This document shows positions 7,741 through 17,618 of a stretch of 60,998 nucleotides of DNA, in pieces. The translations under genes and the position numbers were made by a program. The notes beneath the pieces are model-generated. The model was not told the DNA's origin. It saw only the letters and a list, made by a program, of their open reading frames with translations, and made no database searches. Within the stretch, counting starts at the first letter, position 1. Every line of letters starts with the position of its first letter. Source of the stretch: Defluviitaleaceae bacterium (GTDB lineage Bacteria > Bacillota > Clostridia > Lachnospirales > WRAA01); assembly GCA_009780015.1 (NCBI GenBank), contig WRAW01000003.1, positions 1 to 60,998 on the forward strand, read 5' to 3'.

Positions 7741-9078
7741 ATGCAGCTTATAGGACACGGACACCTTGTTACCAGGAACCCGGAAAAGCCCTTCATCAGC
7801 AACGGCTGCGTGGCTGTTGACGGCACTAGCGTCGCCGATTTCGGCACGACTTCCGAAATGAGGGCAAAGTACCCGGACGCCGATTTCTTCGACGTGGACG
7901 GCAAGGTGATAATGCCCGGCCTGATAAACTCACACATGCACATCTACAGCGCGTTCGCGCGCGGCATGAACCTCAAGAACTCGCCGGTCAACAAGAATTT
8001 CTCGATGATTTTGGAGAACCTGTGGTGGCGCGTCGACAAGGCGCTCAACCTGGACGACGTAAAATACAGCGCCTACGCGACCCTGATCGACTGCATCAAG
8101 TACGGTGTGACGACGGTGTTTGACCATCACGCCAGCCAGAACTATGTCGCAGGAAGTTTGTTCATAATCGCCGATGTCGCGAAGGAATTGGGAATCCGTA
8201 CGTCGCTGGCCTACGAGGTCACAGACCGCGACGGCGCGGACGCGTGCGCGAACGGCATCCGTGAAAACATCGAGTTTATCAAGCACGCGCAGGCGCAAAA
8301 CTGCGGCATGGTACAGGGTATGTTCGGGCTGCACGCTTCGCTGACCCTCTCGGAAAAGACGCTCGAGAAGTGCGTCGAGGCGATGGGCGGCCTGAACTCG
8401 GGCTTCCACATCCACACAGCCGAAGGCACGGCCGATGTGTTCGATTCCCTAGAGAAGTACGGCAAGCGCGTGGTCAACCGCCTTTTCGACGCCAAGATAC
8501 TGGGTGATAAGACCATCTGCGTACACTGCGTACACGTCTCGCCGGCCGAGATAGAACTGCTTGCGCAGACCGATACTATTGTCGTTCATAACCCGGAATC
8601 AAACATGGGCAACGCCGTGGGCTGCGGGCCGGTTTTAAAAATGCTTGGCGACGGCGTGACCCTGGGGCTTGGCACTGACGGATATACATCAGATATGTTC
8701 GAGTCTTTAAAGGTCGCAAACATAATCCACAAACACCACCTATGCGATCCCAGCGTGGCTTGGGGTGAGTCCCATCAGATGCTCTTCGACAACAACAAGA
8801 AGATCACCGAGCGCTTCTTTGACGGTCCTGTGGGAATAATTGCCAAGGGTGCGAAAGCGGATATTGCCGTGGTTGACTACGACCCGCTTACTCCGATGGA
8901 TGAGACCAACATAGGCGGCCACATACTCTTCGGCATGATGGGAAGAAGCGTCGACAGCACCATGATTAACGGGCGCTTTGTATACAAGAACCGCGAACTT
9001 CTCGTAGCGGACGAAAAGCAGATATTCGCCAAGTCCCGCGAACAAGCCGCGGATTTCTGGAAGCGCGTTAACGCATAG
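7741..9078 (+). CDS. ssnA: SsnA-type aminohydrolase (amidohydrolase superfamily)
   Basis: 445 aa. PGLINSHMHIYSAFARGM carries the HxH metal site. Size and neighbourhood (next to ygfK) match E. coli ssnA. AAGGAGG RBS. Confidence 0.88.
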   Translation: MQLIGHGHLVTRNPEKPFISNGCVAVDGTSVADFGTTSEMRAKYPDADFFDVDGKVIMPGLINSHMHIYSAFARGMNLKNSPVNKNFSMILENLWWRVDKALNLDDVKYSAYATLIDCIKYGVTTVFDHHASQNYVAGSLFIIADVAKELGIRTSLAYEVTDRDGADACANGIRENIEFIKHAQAQNCGMVQGMFGLHASLTLSEKTLEKCVEAMGGLNSGFHIHTAEGTADVFDSLEKYGKRVVNRLFDAKILGDKTICVHCVHVSPAEIELLAQTDTIVVHNPESNMGNAVGCGPVLKMLGDGVTLGLGTDGYTSDMFESLKVANIIHKHHLCDPSVAWGESHQMLFDNNKKITERFFDGPVGIIAKGAKADIAVVDYDPLTPMDETNIGGHILFGMMGRSVDSTMINGRFVYKNRELLVADEKQIFAKSREQAADFWKRVNA

Positions 9079-9087
9079 GAGGCAGGA

Positions 9088-9624
9088 ATGATTTACAGAA
9101 GCAATGAAACCGAGCTAAGCGCGGCTATGCGCGTCGCCGAATTAATAACTGCGGCCGCAAGGACGGCTCCCAAAGCCTGCGCGGTGGACGCTATTGAAAC
9201 GCTTGTGCTGGACGGGGAAGATAAGGACAAGCTGACCGCCGCCATGCGCGAGCTTGGCGCCGGCGGCAAGCAGTTCTTCATCCGCGACGCGGGCAATGTG
9301 GACGCCTGCCATTGCGTTGTGCTGGTCGGAGTCGGCGTTGCCCCGCGCAAATTGGACTGCTCCTTATGCGGAACGGAGAATTGCGCCGCTGCTGTGAGGG
9401 ACGGCATAGCTTGCGCCCTAGCCGTAACCGATCTTGGAATCGCGATAGGTTCTGCGGCGGCTACTGCGATGGATCACCGTATCGACAATCGCATACTGTT
9501 CACAGCCGGTATGGCGGCGCTCAAGCTGCGCATTTTCTCGGACAAGGTAAAGGTATGCTACGGTATCGGACTATCCGCGTCCGGCAAGAATATCTTTTTT
9601 GACCGCCCGGCGCTTAACCCTTGA
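9088..9624 (+). CDS. DUF2148-like ferredoxin-domain protein (COG4739-like)
   Basis: 178 aa. CSLCGTENC cysteine motif. ...AARTAPKA... and the C-terminal GIGLSASGKNIFFDR match my recollection of the DUF2148 family. It lies tightly between ssnA and the permease gene. Confidence 0.6.
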   Translation: MIYRSNETELSAAMRVAELITAAARTAPKACAVDAIETLVLDGEDKDKLTAAMRELGAGGKQFFIRDAGNVDACHCVVLVGVGVAPRKLDCSLCGTENCAAAVRDGIACALAVTDLGIAIGSAAATAMDHRIDNRILFTAGMAALKLRIFSDKVKVCYGIGLSASGKNIFFDRPALNP

Positions 9625-9635
9625 GGAGTGATTAT

Positions 9636-11081
9636 GTGAGCAATACAACAGGTGAACAAGTCGCGGCGGTCGATTTCGCGGCGATGGACTCGGAAACGGC
9701 CAAGCTGTACAGATTGGACGGCCGTCCGCCTTTCAGACTGGCATATCCGGTAGCGCTCCAGCACTTATTGGCCATGTTTACGAGCAACCTCGCGCCCATA
9801 CTCATTATTTCAAGTGTGGCTCAGGCGACGACGTCCCAGGTAATAATCATGATACAGGCCGCGATGTTTGCGGCGGGCGCCGCGACCCTCCTCAACTGTT
9901 ACCCCGTCAGGATTGGAAAGGTGCAGATAGGCGCCGGGCTGCCCATTGTAATGGGAACATCCATGACGTTTGTTCCCCCTGCTACGGCGGTCGCGCTGAT
10001 CGCTGTGGAAATGGGGCACCCCAACCCGATAGGCGTGGTTCTTGGCGGTCTTATAGTCGCGTCTGTTTCCGAAGTTGTTCTCGGCGCTCTCTATAAGTAT
10101 CTCAGGCCGTTCTTCCCGCCGCATGTCCTGGGAGCGATGCTTCTTTCTCTGGGTATATCGCTTCTTACCGTCGGGACTAACAACTTTGGGGGAGGCAGCC
10201 CGGCGGCCAACCCGTATTTTGGCTCGGCTCAGAACATGATGCTGGCCGGTTTCGTGTTTCTGCTGTATATGTTTTTGCAGCGCTTCGGAAAGGGAATTTT
10301 TAAGCTGGCGTCGGTGCTGTTCGCCCTGATAGCCGGATATGTAGCCGCTATTCTCATAGGTATTGTCGATTTCTATCCCGTTACGCAAGCCGCGATATTC
10401 GAGCTGCCGAGACCGCTTGCGCTCGGGCCGGTATTCTATCCGTGGGCGATTACAATGTTCCTGGCGGTGTACGTGGTTTCGGGCCTTGCGACAATCGGGT
10501 ACACCCACACCATTACGACCCAGTCGATGAACAGGCCGTCCACCAACAGGGAAACCTCCGGCGCGATTTACGCCGACGCGGTCAGCTCCGCGTTTGCCGG
10601 CCTGTTTAATTCGCTGCCGAACACCGAGTTCGGGCAGAACGCAAGCTTGGTCGCAAACACAAAGATCATTAGCAAGTGGGTAGTCGCGCTTTGTGCGTTT
10701 ACTTTGATAGCCGCAAGCGTGTTCCCGCCGATAGGAGCAGTATTCGCGACGGTTCCCCCGCCGGTGCTGGGCGGCGCGATCCTTGCCGTGTTTGCCTTCA
10801 TAATGACAAACGCTATCGCGATGATTGCCAAGACGGGCTTTTCGCAAAGGAAGCTGACCTCGCTGTGCATAATGTTCGCCGTGGGTCTTGGCTTTGCTCC
10901 CCCCGGGAACGCCGCGCTTATACAGAGCTTCCCGGCGCCGATGCACTTCATTTTCAGTGACAGAGTTCTGCTGATGTCTGTCGTCGCGGTGGTCGTCAAT
11001 ATTTTCTTTATGGAAAGGGAAGACTTCGAGAAGATTAAGAACCTGCTGAAAAACCCGGACACGGATTACGTCGATGAATAA
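9636..11081 (+). CDS. NCS2-family nucleobase (xanthine/uracil/urate-type) permease
   Basis: QHLLAMF signature, many TM segments, and ...EFGQNASLV... motif. I chose the GTG at 9636, 7 nt after GAGGAG. The track ORF starts at TTG 9621. Confidence 0.85.
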   Translation: MSNTTGEQVAAVDFAAMDSETAKLYRLDGRPPFRLAYPVALQHLLAMFTSNLAPILIISSVAQATTSQVIIMIQAAMFAAGAATLLNCYPVRIGKVQIGAGLPIVMGTSMTFVPPATAVALIAVEMGHPNPIGVVLGGLIVASVSEVVLGALYKYLRPFFPPHVLGAMLLSLGISLLTVGTNNFGGGSPAANPYFGSAQNMMLAGFVFLLYMFLQRFGKGIFKLASVLFALIAGYVAAILIGIVDFYPVTQAAIFELPRPLALGPVFYPWAITMFLAVYVVSGLATIGYTHTITTQSMNRPSTNRETSGAIYADAVSSAFAGLFNSLPNTEFGQNASLVANTKIISKWVVALCAFTLIAASVFPPIGAVFATVPPPVLGGAILAVFAFIMTNAIAMIAKTGFSQRKLTSLCIMFAVGLGFAPPGNAALIQSFPAPMHFIFSDRVLLMSVVAVVVNIFFMEREDFEKIKNLLKNPDTDYVDE

Positions 11082-11092
11082 ACTCAACGATA

Positions 11093-11130
11093 CCATGTAC
11101 AATACGGACATAGTACCGTATTGTACATGG
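11093..11130. promoter_or_regulatory. perfect 15-bp-stem hairpin between the permease gene and ygfK
   Basis: CCATGTACAATACGG (11093-11107), an 8-nt loop, then CCGTATTGTACATGG (11116-11130). No U-tract follows. Confidence 0.5.
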
Positions 11131-11162
11131 CGACATAACTAAATATATTTGGAGGAAATTAC

Positions 11163-14100
11163 ATGAGCGATCTGATGAGACAGATACCGTTCGGCCAACT
11201 GATCGAGTGGATATTTTCGGAGTACGAGAAACAAGGTACAATCTTCGGCATCCGCAAGGACAGGTTTTACCGCAATGAATGCGGCACACACATCGAAATG
11301 TTTGGCGAAAAGCTCCCGACTCCCATAGGGCCGGCGGCAGGGCCCAATTCCCAGCTTTGCCAGAACATCGTAGCGGCCTACCTGACGGGAAGCCGCTTTA
11401 TTGAACTGAAGACCGTGCAGAAAATGGACGGAGAAGACCTGCGCAAGTGTGTGCCACGGCCCTGCATCAACGCTCAGGACGAGGGCTACAACGTCGAGTG
11501 GTCTACCGAACTGACGGTTCCCGAAGCCTTCGACGAATACGTAAAGGCATGGGTAGCTCTGCACGTGGTCGGCCGCGAGCTTGGCATAAGCCAGGGCTGC
11601 GACTTCATATTCAACATGAGCGTGGGCTACGACCTGGAAGGCATAAAGTCCGAGAAGATCGACAGTTTTATCGAGGGTCTTAAAGATGCTTCGCAAAGCG
11701 ACACATTCAAGAACGCGATAGCGCACCTCAGCGCGAACCTGGGTCGGTTCAAGCACGTTGACCAAGCTTTTGTGGACGGAATTTCGCCAAACGCCTGCAC
11801 GTCCATTACCCTGTCGACCCTGCACGGCTGCCCGACCGACGAGATCGAGCGCATCGCAAAATACCTGCTTGACGAAAAGAAGATACATACCTATATCAAG
11901 TGCAATCCCACACTGCTTGGCTACGACTACGCGCGCAAGACCTTGGACTCAATGGGTTACGATTATCTTGTGTTTGACGACCATCACTTCCGGCATGATT
12001 TGCAGTACGGCGACGCCGTAGTGATGCTGCGCGGCCTGCAAGACTTCGCCGCAGATCGGGGTCTGGACTTCGGCGTCAAGATAACCAATACGTTCCCTGT
12101 CAAGATTGACAACAACGAGCTTCCCGGAGAACAGATGTACATGTCGGGTCGCGCGCTGTACCCGCTGTCTCTCAGCGTGGCGAGGAATTTGTCGAAGGAC
12201 TTCGGAGGCAAGCTGCCAATATCTTATTCCGGCGGCGCGGACGCGCTCAATATTGTTGAGCTGTACAAAGCCGGCATACGCCCGATTACGGTATGCACAA
12301 CCATTCTGAAACCCGGCGGCTACATTCGCATAAACCAACTGGCGCACGCGCTGGAGCCTCTTCTTGACGGCGGCTTCAAAGGAACCGATACCGCCGCCCT
12401 CGACAAGCTTGTGGACGAAATGTTCACAAACGAGCGTATGCTCAAGAAATCGCGCCCTGTGACCAGCCGCAAGACCGATTCAAAGCTGGGAGTGTTCGAC
12501 TGTTTCAAGGCTCCGTGCAAGGACGGCGGCTGTCCGATTGAGCAGCAGATTCCCGAATATCTCAGACTAGTGGCCGAAGGCAGGCACGACGAAGCTTTCG
12601 CTGTCATTGCCGTGGACAACGCGAACCCGGCAATCACCGGTACTATCTGTAACCACGAGTGCCAGAGCAAGTGTACGCGTCTTGACTATGAGACCCCCCT
12701 TGCGATCCGCGCAATAAAGCGCACGGCGGTCATGAACGCGCAAGACCGCTTCATAACGGCGGCCTCCGCGCCCGAACTCAGAACGCAGAGCCGCGTAGCC
12801 GTAATCGGTGCTGGGCCTGCGGGGATTTCCGCAGCGCTGTTCCTGCGCCGCAACGGTGTGGACGTCACCGTGTTTGAGAAGCGCGATAAGCCGTTCGGTA
12901 TAGTAAGCTACGTTATCCCCGAATTCAGGATATCCCGGGAAATGATCGTCAAGGACTTCGAGCTTGCGGTGAAGACGGGCGTTAAGTTTATATTCGGCGC
13001 TTCTGATAAAGTGGACGTGCTGGATCTTCAACAGCAGGGCGGATACGACTACGTCGTGCTTGCCACCGGCGCTTGGGGCAAGGGCGAACTCTCGCTGAAA
13101 GAAGGAGAGGACAGGCTTGTTGACGCGCTGGAGTTCCTGGAAGAGTCCAAGGTCAGGGACTGCAATCTGCAGCTTGGCAAGCGCGTCGCAGTAATAGGCG
13201 GAGGGGACGTCGCCATGGACTGCGCAAGAGCCGCAAAGCGCGCACCCGGTGTGGAGGAAGTTACAATCGTATACCGCAGAACCAAGGCGTTCATGCCGGC
13301 CGAGCCGGAAGAATTGGCCGAAGCCGAGGCCGACGACGTAAGCTTTGCCACGCTGTTGACGCCGCTTAGCTACGACGGAAAGATTCTGACCTGTGTGCAG
13401 ATGGAGCTTGGAGCGCGCGACGCGTCCGGCCGCAAGAGCGTCAAAAGCACGGGTATTACGGCGGAACTTGAATTCGACACGGTAATCTGCGCTGTGGGCG
13501 CGAAGGTAGATACGTCGGTATTCACGTCAAACGGTATAGCTCTCGACGAATGCGGCTGCGTAATGCACACAAAGAACCGCGAAACGAGTGTACCAAATGT
13601 CTATGTAGCGGGCGACGCAAAGAGCGGGCCTTCAACAATTGTGAAGGCTATTGCCGACGGCAAGGCTATCGCCAAGGGCATACTGTCCAAAATCGACCTG
13701 TCATGTGACTTTGAGAAAAAACAATTGCACACAGACCTTGATCTGTTGTATGATAAGAAGGGAACCTTGGTCGAACTGCTCGAAGACGCCGAGGAAGGTT
13801 ATCGCTGCCTGACTTGCGACCAGCTCTGCGAAATCTGCGCCGATGTCTGTCCAAACCGCGCGAACGTGGCCATTGAGGTTCCCGGAGCAGGAAAGGACAC
13901 TCACCAGATAATCCACATAGACGGAATGTGCAACGAATGCGGTAACTGCGGTATTTTCTGCCCGCACGACGGCAACCCGTACAAGGATAAACTCACAATT
14001 TTCTGGACAGAGCACGACTTTGACGACAGCGATAATATCGGATTTCTTCCGCTTGGCGAAAACCTCTACAAGGTACGCGACGAACATGGAAACGTACGGG

Positions 14101-14195
14101 AATATACAGGAGGCGACGGTACGGTAACAAAAGAGTTTGCGGCGGCTGTCGCGATTGTGCAGACGGAGTACCAGTGGCTGCAAGTTGGTATTTAG
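11163..14195 (+). CDS. ygfK: YgfK-type multidomain Fe-S/FAD oxidoreductase (annotated elsewhere as putative selenate reductase subunit)
   Basis: 1010 aa. N-terminal DPD/DHOD-like barrel. GltD-like dinucleotide motifs VAVIGAGPAGISAALFL and VIGGGDVAMDCA. Cys clusters CTCDQLCEICADVCP and CNECGNCGIFCP. Confidence 0.9.
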   Translation: MSDLMRQIPFGQLIEWIFSEYEKQGTIFGIRKDRFYRNECGTHIEMFGEKLPTPIGPAAGPNSQLCQNIVAAYLTGSRFIELKTVQKMDGEDLRKCVPRPCINAQDEGYNVEWSTELTVPEAFDEYVKAWVALHVVGRELGISQGCDFIFNMSVGYDLEGIKSEKIDSFIEGLKDASQSDTFKNAIAHLSANLGRFKHVDQAFVDGISPNACTSITLSTLHGCPTDEIERIAKYLLDEKKIHTYIKCNPTLLGYDYARKTLDSMGYDYLVFDDHHFRHDLQYGDAVVMLRGLQDFAADRGLDFGVKITNTFPVKIDNNELPGEQMYMSGRALYPLSLSVARNLSKDFGGKLPISYSGGADALNIVELYKAGIRPITVCTTILKPGGYIRINQLAHALEPLLDGGFKGTDTAALDKLVDEMFTNERMLKKSRPVTSRKTDSKLGVFDCFKAPCKDGGCPIEQQIPEYLRLVAEGRHDEAFAVIAVDNANPAITGTICNHECQSKCTRLDYETPLAIRAIKRTAVMNAQDRFITAASAPELRTQSRVAVIGAGPAGISAALFLRRNGVDVTVFEKRDKPFGIVSYVIPEFRISREMIVKDFELAVKTGVKFIFGASDKVDVLDLQQQGGYDYVVLATGAWGKGELSLKEGEDRLVDALEFLEESKVRDCNLQLGKRVAVIGGGDVAMDCARAAKRAPGVEEVTIVYRRTKAFMPAEPEELAEAEADDVSFATLLTPLSYDGKILTCVQMELGARDASGRKSVKSTGITAELEFDTVICAVGAKVDTSVFTSNGIALDECGCVMHTKNRETSVPNVYVAGDAKSGPSTIVKAIADGKAIAKGILSKIDLSCDFEKKQLHTDLDLLYDKKGTLVELLEDAEEGYRCLTCDQLCEICADVCPNRANVAIEVPGAGKDTHQIIHIDGMCNECGNCGIFCPHDGNPYKDKLTIFWTEHDFDDSDNIGFLPLGENLYKVRDEHGNVREYTGGDGTVTKEFAAAVAIVQTEYQWLQVGI

Positions 14196-14322
14196 AACCG
14201 TGTTTAGTACCCGAAATGTCGGCTAGAAGCGGAAAATCGTCCTCACGAAGTCCGGGTTTGACTTTGCGGGGTAAAGTTCGACCTTCCAGGCGGCGTTGAG
14301 CGATACTGAACACAGGTTCTTA
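14192..14322. repeat. family A element, copy A2 (diverged core), overlapping the ygfK stop codon
   Basis: TTAGAACCGTGTTTAGTACCCGAAATGTCGGCTAGAAG...GGCGGCGTTGAGCGATACTGAACACAGGTTCTTA. The TAG stop of ygfK (14193-14195) lies inside the left terminus. Confidence 0.7.
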
Positions 14323-14334
14323 GAGGTCAGGGAT

Positions 14335-14394
14335 TGAGAACTGTGTTCAATGACTGCCGATACGGCTTTCTGTGTTATTGGGCACAGGTTCTAA
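14335..14394. repeat. family A stem-only mini element (A2b)
   Basis: GAGAACTGTGTTCAATGAC...GTTATTGGGCACAGGTTCTAA. It has the family A terminal arms around a ~20-nt loop and no core. Confidence 0.6.
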
Positions 14395-14440
14395 GGAGAA
14401 ATCTTTGCCCGATGTGTAAAATGAGAGGAGGGTACGCGCG

Positions 14441-16747
14441 ATGAAGAACAAAGTTATCGGGGACAGCGTACCGCGTTGGGACGCGCGCGCCAAGGTGTGC
14501 GGCAGGGCGGATTATACTGCCGACATACCGGTAAAAAATGCTCTTCACGGCAAAATCGTGAGGGCGGGCATAGCACACGGCCGTGTGCTATGCCTGGACA
14601 TCGAAGATGCGTTGCGCGTTCCCGGCGTGGTCAAAATACTGACCCCCGCCGATTTGCCTAAGACTAAGTTTGCGACGGCCGGACATCCGTATTCGCTGGA
14701 GCCGGGCGGCGACGTATATGACAAGAACATACTGACGGACTACGTGAGGCTTTACGGGGATGAGATCGCGGCCGTCATAGCCGAGACGCCTCTGGCGGCA
14801 GCAGTTGCGGCCGAAAAGGTCGTTGCCAGGTATGAAGAACTGCCGTTCTACCTAACTACTGAGGAGGCAATGGCCGACGGCGCGGTCGAACTGCACGAGG
14901 GCGTTAAGAACAATATTCTGGCCGACACGACCGCAAGCGTGGGAGATGTGGAGCAAGGCTTTGCCCAGGCCGATCACATCTTTGAGAGCGAGTATCAGAC
15001 GCAGATCGTACAGCACTGCCATATGGAAAACCAGGCCGCCGTGGCCTATCAGGACGCGGACGGGCGCTGGACATGTATTTCGAGTACGCAAATTCCGCAC
15101 ATATGCCGGAGAATACTAGGCGAAGCGCTGGAGATGCCCTGGAGCAAGTTCCGCGTGATAAAACCGTTTATCGGCGGCGGCTTCGGCAACAAGCAGGACG
15201 TGATAATCGAACCGCTGGTCGTTGCCATGAGTATGGCTGTGGGCGGAAGAGCCGTCAGGCTTGAGCTTGAGGGCGAGGAAGTGCTGGCGTACACCAGGGT
15301 GCGCCATGCGATACGCTACAGGAGCAAGGTCGGCGTTACCAAGGACGGCAGAATTACCGCCTGGCAGATGGACGCCGTTTCTAAAACCGGCGCGTACGCC
15401 TCGCATGGGCATTCTATAGCCGCGAAGGGCGCGGGAATACTTTCTACGCTTTACGAAATTCCGAACATGATCTACCGTTCGCGTACGGTTCTCACCAATA
15501 CGGGCAACGCCGGAGCTATGCGCGGTTACGGCGTGCCTCAGATAACGTTCGCAATCGAGGCCATGACCGAGAAGATATGCTCCGCTCTGAACATGGACTC
15601 ATTTGAGTTCCGCCTGAAAAACTTCAAGAAGGAAGGCGCCCCGCACCCTCTGAACGGCATACCGATGGCTACAAACAAGGTCGCTGATTGTTTGACACAA
15701 GGTAAGGCCGCGTTTGGCTGGGACGGCAAGATGGCCGCGGCCCTTGGAGATAAAGGTGGGATTATCCGAAGGGGTCTGGGCGTTGCGGCGTTCTCGTACG
15801 CAACGGCAGTCTATCCATACAGCCTTGAGATCGCCGGCTGTCGGCTCACGATGAATCAGGACGGCACGGTCAAGATGATGGTGGGCGCCACTGAAATAGG
15901 CCAGGGATCCGATACGGGTTTGATCCAGATAGCCGCCGAGACTCTGGGCGTACCGGCAGAAATGGTCTACGCAGAGGCCGTTACCGACACGGATATCGCC
16001 CCATTCGACACAGGTTGCTATGCTTCGCGCCAGATATATGTCACGGGAATGGCGGTGGCAAAGGCCGCGCAGGAACTGAAAGACAAAATATGCCGCGCAG
16101 CCGAACAGTTTTACAAGATATCGTCCCAGGTACTTGACATTGAGGACGCATATATCATAAACACGACTACGGGGGACAGGGTGGCAAGCCTGGGTGATCT
16201 GGCTCTTTACACATATTATGACAAGGCCCGCGCGCGGACGCTTACCGCCGAAGTCTCGAACAACTGCCACAACAATTCGTATCCCATGGGCGTAACTTTT
16301 GCCGAGGTCGAGGTCGACACCCAAACAGGGGTTGTGACATTGCTAAGTATGCTAAACGCCCACGATTCGGGCGTGATTATAAATCCGCTGCTGGCCGAGG
16401 GGCAGGTCGAGGGCGGCATGGGAATGGGCGTGGGTTTTGCGCTGGGCGAGGACTTGTTCTACGACACTAAGACCGGAGCTCCGCTAAACAACAACCTTCT
16501 CGACTACAAGATTCCCACGGCGATGGATGTGCCGGAACTCGGAGTCCTATTTGTCCAGCCCGTAGACCCCTATGGCCCGTTCGGAGCTAAAGGGCTTGGC
16601 GAACCTCCTTTGTGCAGCCCCGCTGCGGCCATTCGTAATGCCGTCTGCCAAGCCCTGGGCTTCGAGATAGACTCGCTGCCGCTGACGCCGGGCAAGGTGT
16701 TCGCGGCCATAGCCGCACACCGGAGCGGAGGTGAAGCCAATGTATGA
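14441..16747 (+). CDS. xdhA: xanthine dehydrogenase-family molybdopterin-binding large subunit (XdhA-type)
   Basis: 768 aa. Aldehyde oxidase/xanthine dehydrogenase a/b hammerhead and Mo-binding signatures (...GGGFGNKQD..., ...AMRGYGVPQ..., ...GLGEPP...). GAGGAGGG RBS. Confidence 0.88.
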   Translation: MKNKVIGDSVPRWDARAKVCGRADYTADIPVKNALHGKIVRAGIAHGRVLCLDIEDALRVPGVVKILTPADLPKTKFATAGHPYSLEPGGDVYDKNILTDYVRLYGDEIAAVIAETPLAAAVAAEKVVARYEELPFYLTTEEAMADGAVELHEGVKNNILADTTASVGDVEQGFAQADHIFESEYQTQIVQHCHMENQAAVAYQDADGRWTCISSTQIPHICRRILGEALEMPWSKFRVIKPFIGGGFGNKQDVIIEPLVVAMSMAVGGRAVRLELEGEEVLAYTRVRHAIRYRSKVGVTKDGRITAWQMDAVSKTGAYASHGHSIAAKGAGILSTLYEIPNMIYRSRTVLTNTGNAGAMRGYGVPQITFAIEAMTEKICSALNMDSFEFRLKNFKKEGAPHPLNGIPMATNKVADCLTQGKAAFGWDGKMAAALGDKGGIIRRGLGVAAFSYATAVYPYSLEIAGCRLTMNQDGTVKMMVGATEIGQGSDTGLIQIAAETLGVPAEMVYAEAVTDTDIAPFDTGCYASRQIYVTGMAVAKAAQELKDKICRAAEQFYKISSQVLDIEDAYIINTTTGDRVASLGDLALYTYYDKARARTLTAEVSNNCHNNSYPMGVTFAEVEVDTQTGVVTLLSMLNAHDSGVIINPLLAEGQVEGGMGMGVGFALGEDLFYDTKTGAPLNNNLLDYKIPTAMDVPELGVLFVQPVDPYGPFGAKGLGEPPLCSPAAAIRNAVCQALGFEIDSLPLTPGKVFAAIAAHRSGGEANV

Positions 16748-17618
16748 TTTCAACAGTTACACGGAAGCGCACAGCATTGACGAAGCCGTCCGCGCGCTGG
16801 GCGGCAACCCCAATGCCCGCGTAATCGCCGGCGGGACGGACGTTCTGATAAAGCTGCGCTCAAGGGACGAGGCCTTTGTGGGCCGCGACCTTGAGGGGAT
16901 AACGCGCATACCGGGTTTGGCGGGCGTAAGCGTGGATACGCAGGGTGATATCACAATCGGCGCGGCCACAAGCTTTTCCCAGATTGAGAATGACGAGACT
17001 ATCACGCGCTGTCTTGCAAGTCTTGGGACGGCGGCCGGAAGTATCGGCGGCCCGCAGATACGCAACGTGGGAACAATTGGCGGAAACCTGGCCAACGGGG
17101 CGACATCCGCCGATACAGCCGCCGTGCTGCTGACTTACAACGCCTCGCTGGTGATACATGACTCCTCCGGCTCGCACGAGATGCCGGCCTGTGAGTTCCA
17201 CACGGGGCCTGGCAAGGTACGGCTCGAACAGGGCCAGCTTCTGACCGCCGTAAAGATAGCGCGTGCCGACTATGAGGGGTATCGCGGAAGCTACATCAAG
17301 TTTGCCGTAAGGCAGGCGATGGACATAGCGACGCTTGGCTGCGCTGTATTGGTCAAGATGGACGGAAATGTTATAGAGGACTTGCGCATAGCCTTCGGTG
17401 TGGCAGGCCCTACGCCGCTTCGCGCCGCCGCCGCGGAGCGCTTCGCCAAGGGCAAGGTTCCAAGCGGCAAGATTCTTGAGCAGTTAGGCAGGATATGCCT
17501 TGAAGATACAAAGGCTCGCGATTCGTGGCGCGCCGCGAAGGCTTTTCGTGAGCAGTTGATAACGGTGCTGCCGCAAAGGGCGATATCTCAAGCGCTGGGA
17601 GGTGACGGCAATGCGTAA
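16740..17618 (+). CDS. xdhB: FAD-binding subunit (CO dehydrogenase flavoprotein-like; XdhB-type)
   Basis: AGGTDVLIKL and GTIGGNLAN motifs. The ATG at 16740 is 9 nt after GGAG and overlaps the xdhA stop. Confidence 0.85.
   Translation: MYDFNSYTEAHSIDEAVRALGGNPNARVIAGGTDVLIKLRSRDEAFVGRDLEGITRIPGLAGVSVDTQGDITIGAATSFSQIENDETITRCLASLGTAAGSIGGPQIRNVGTIGGNLANGATSADTAAVLLTYNASLVIHDSSGSHEMPACEFHTGPGKVRLEQGQLLTAVKIARADYEGYRGSYIKFAVRQAMDIATLGCAVLVKMDGNVIEDLRIAFGVAGPTPLRAAAAERFAKGKVPSGKILEQLGRICLEDTKARDSWRAAKAFREQLITVLPQRAISQALGGDGNA

Noticed and set aside
9810-11111. 433-aa minus-strand ORF antisense to the nucleobase permease gene.
   Set aside because: It is extremely Arg/His/Gly-rich and low in complexity, has no RBS, and is fully overlapped by a gene with clear NCS2 signatures. 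It is a typical GC-rich antisense shadow ORF.
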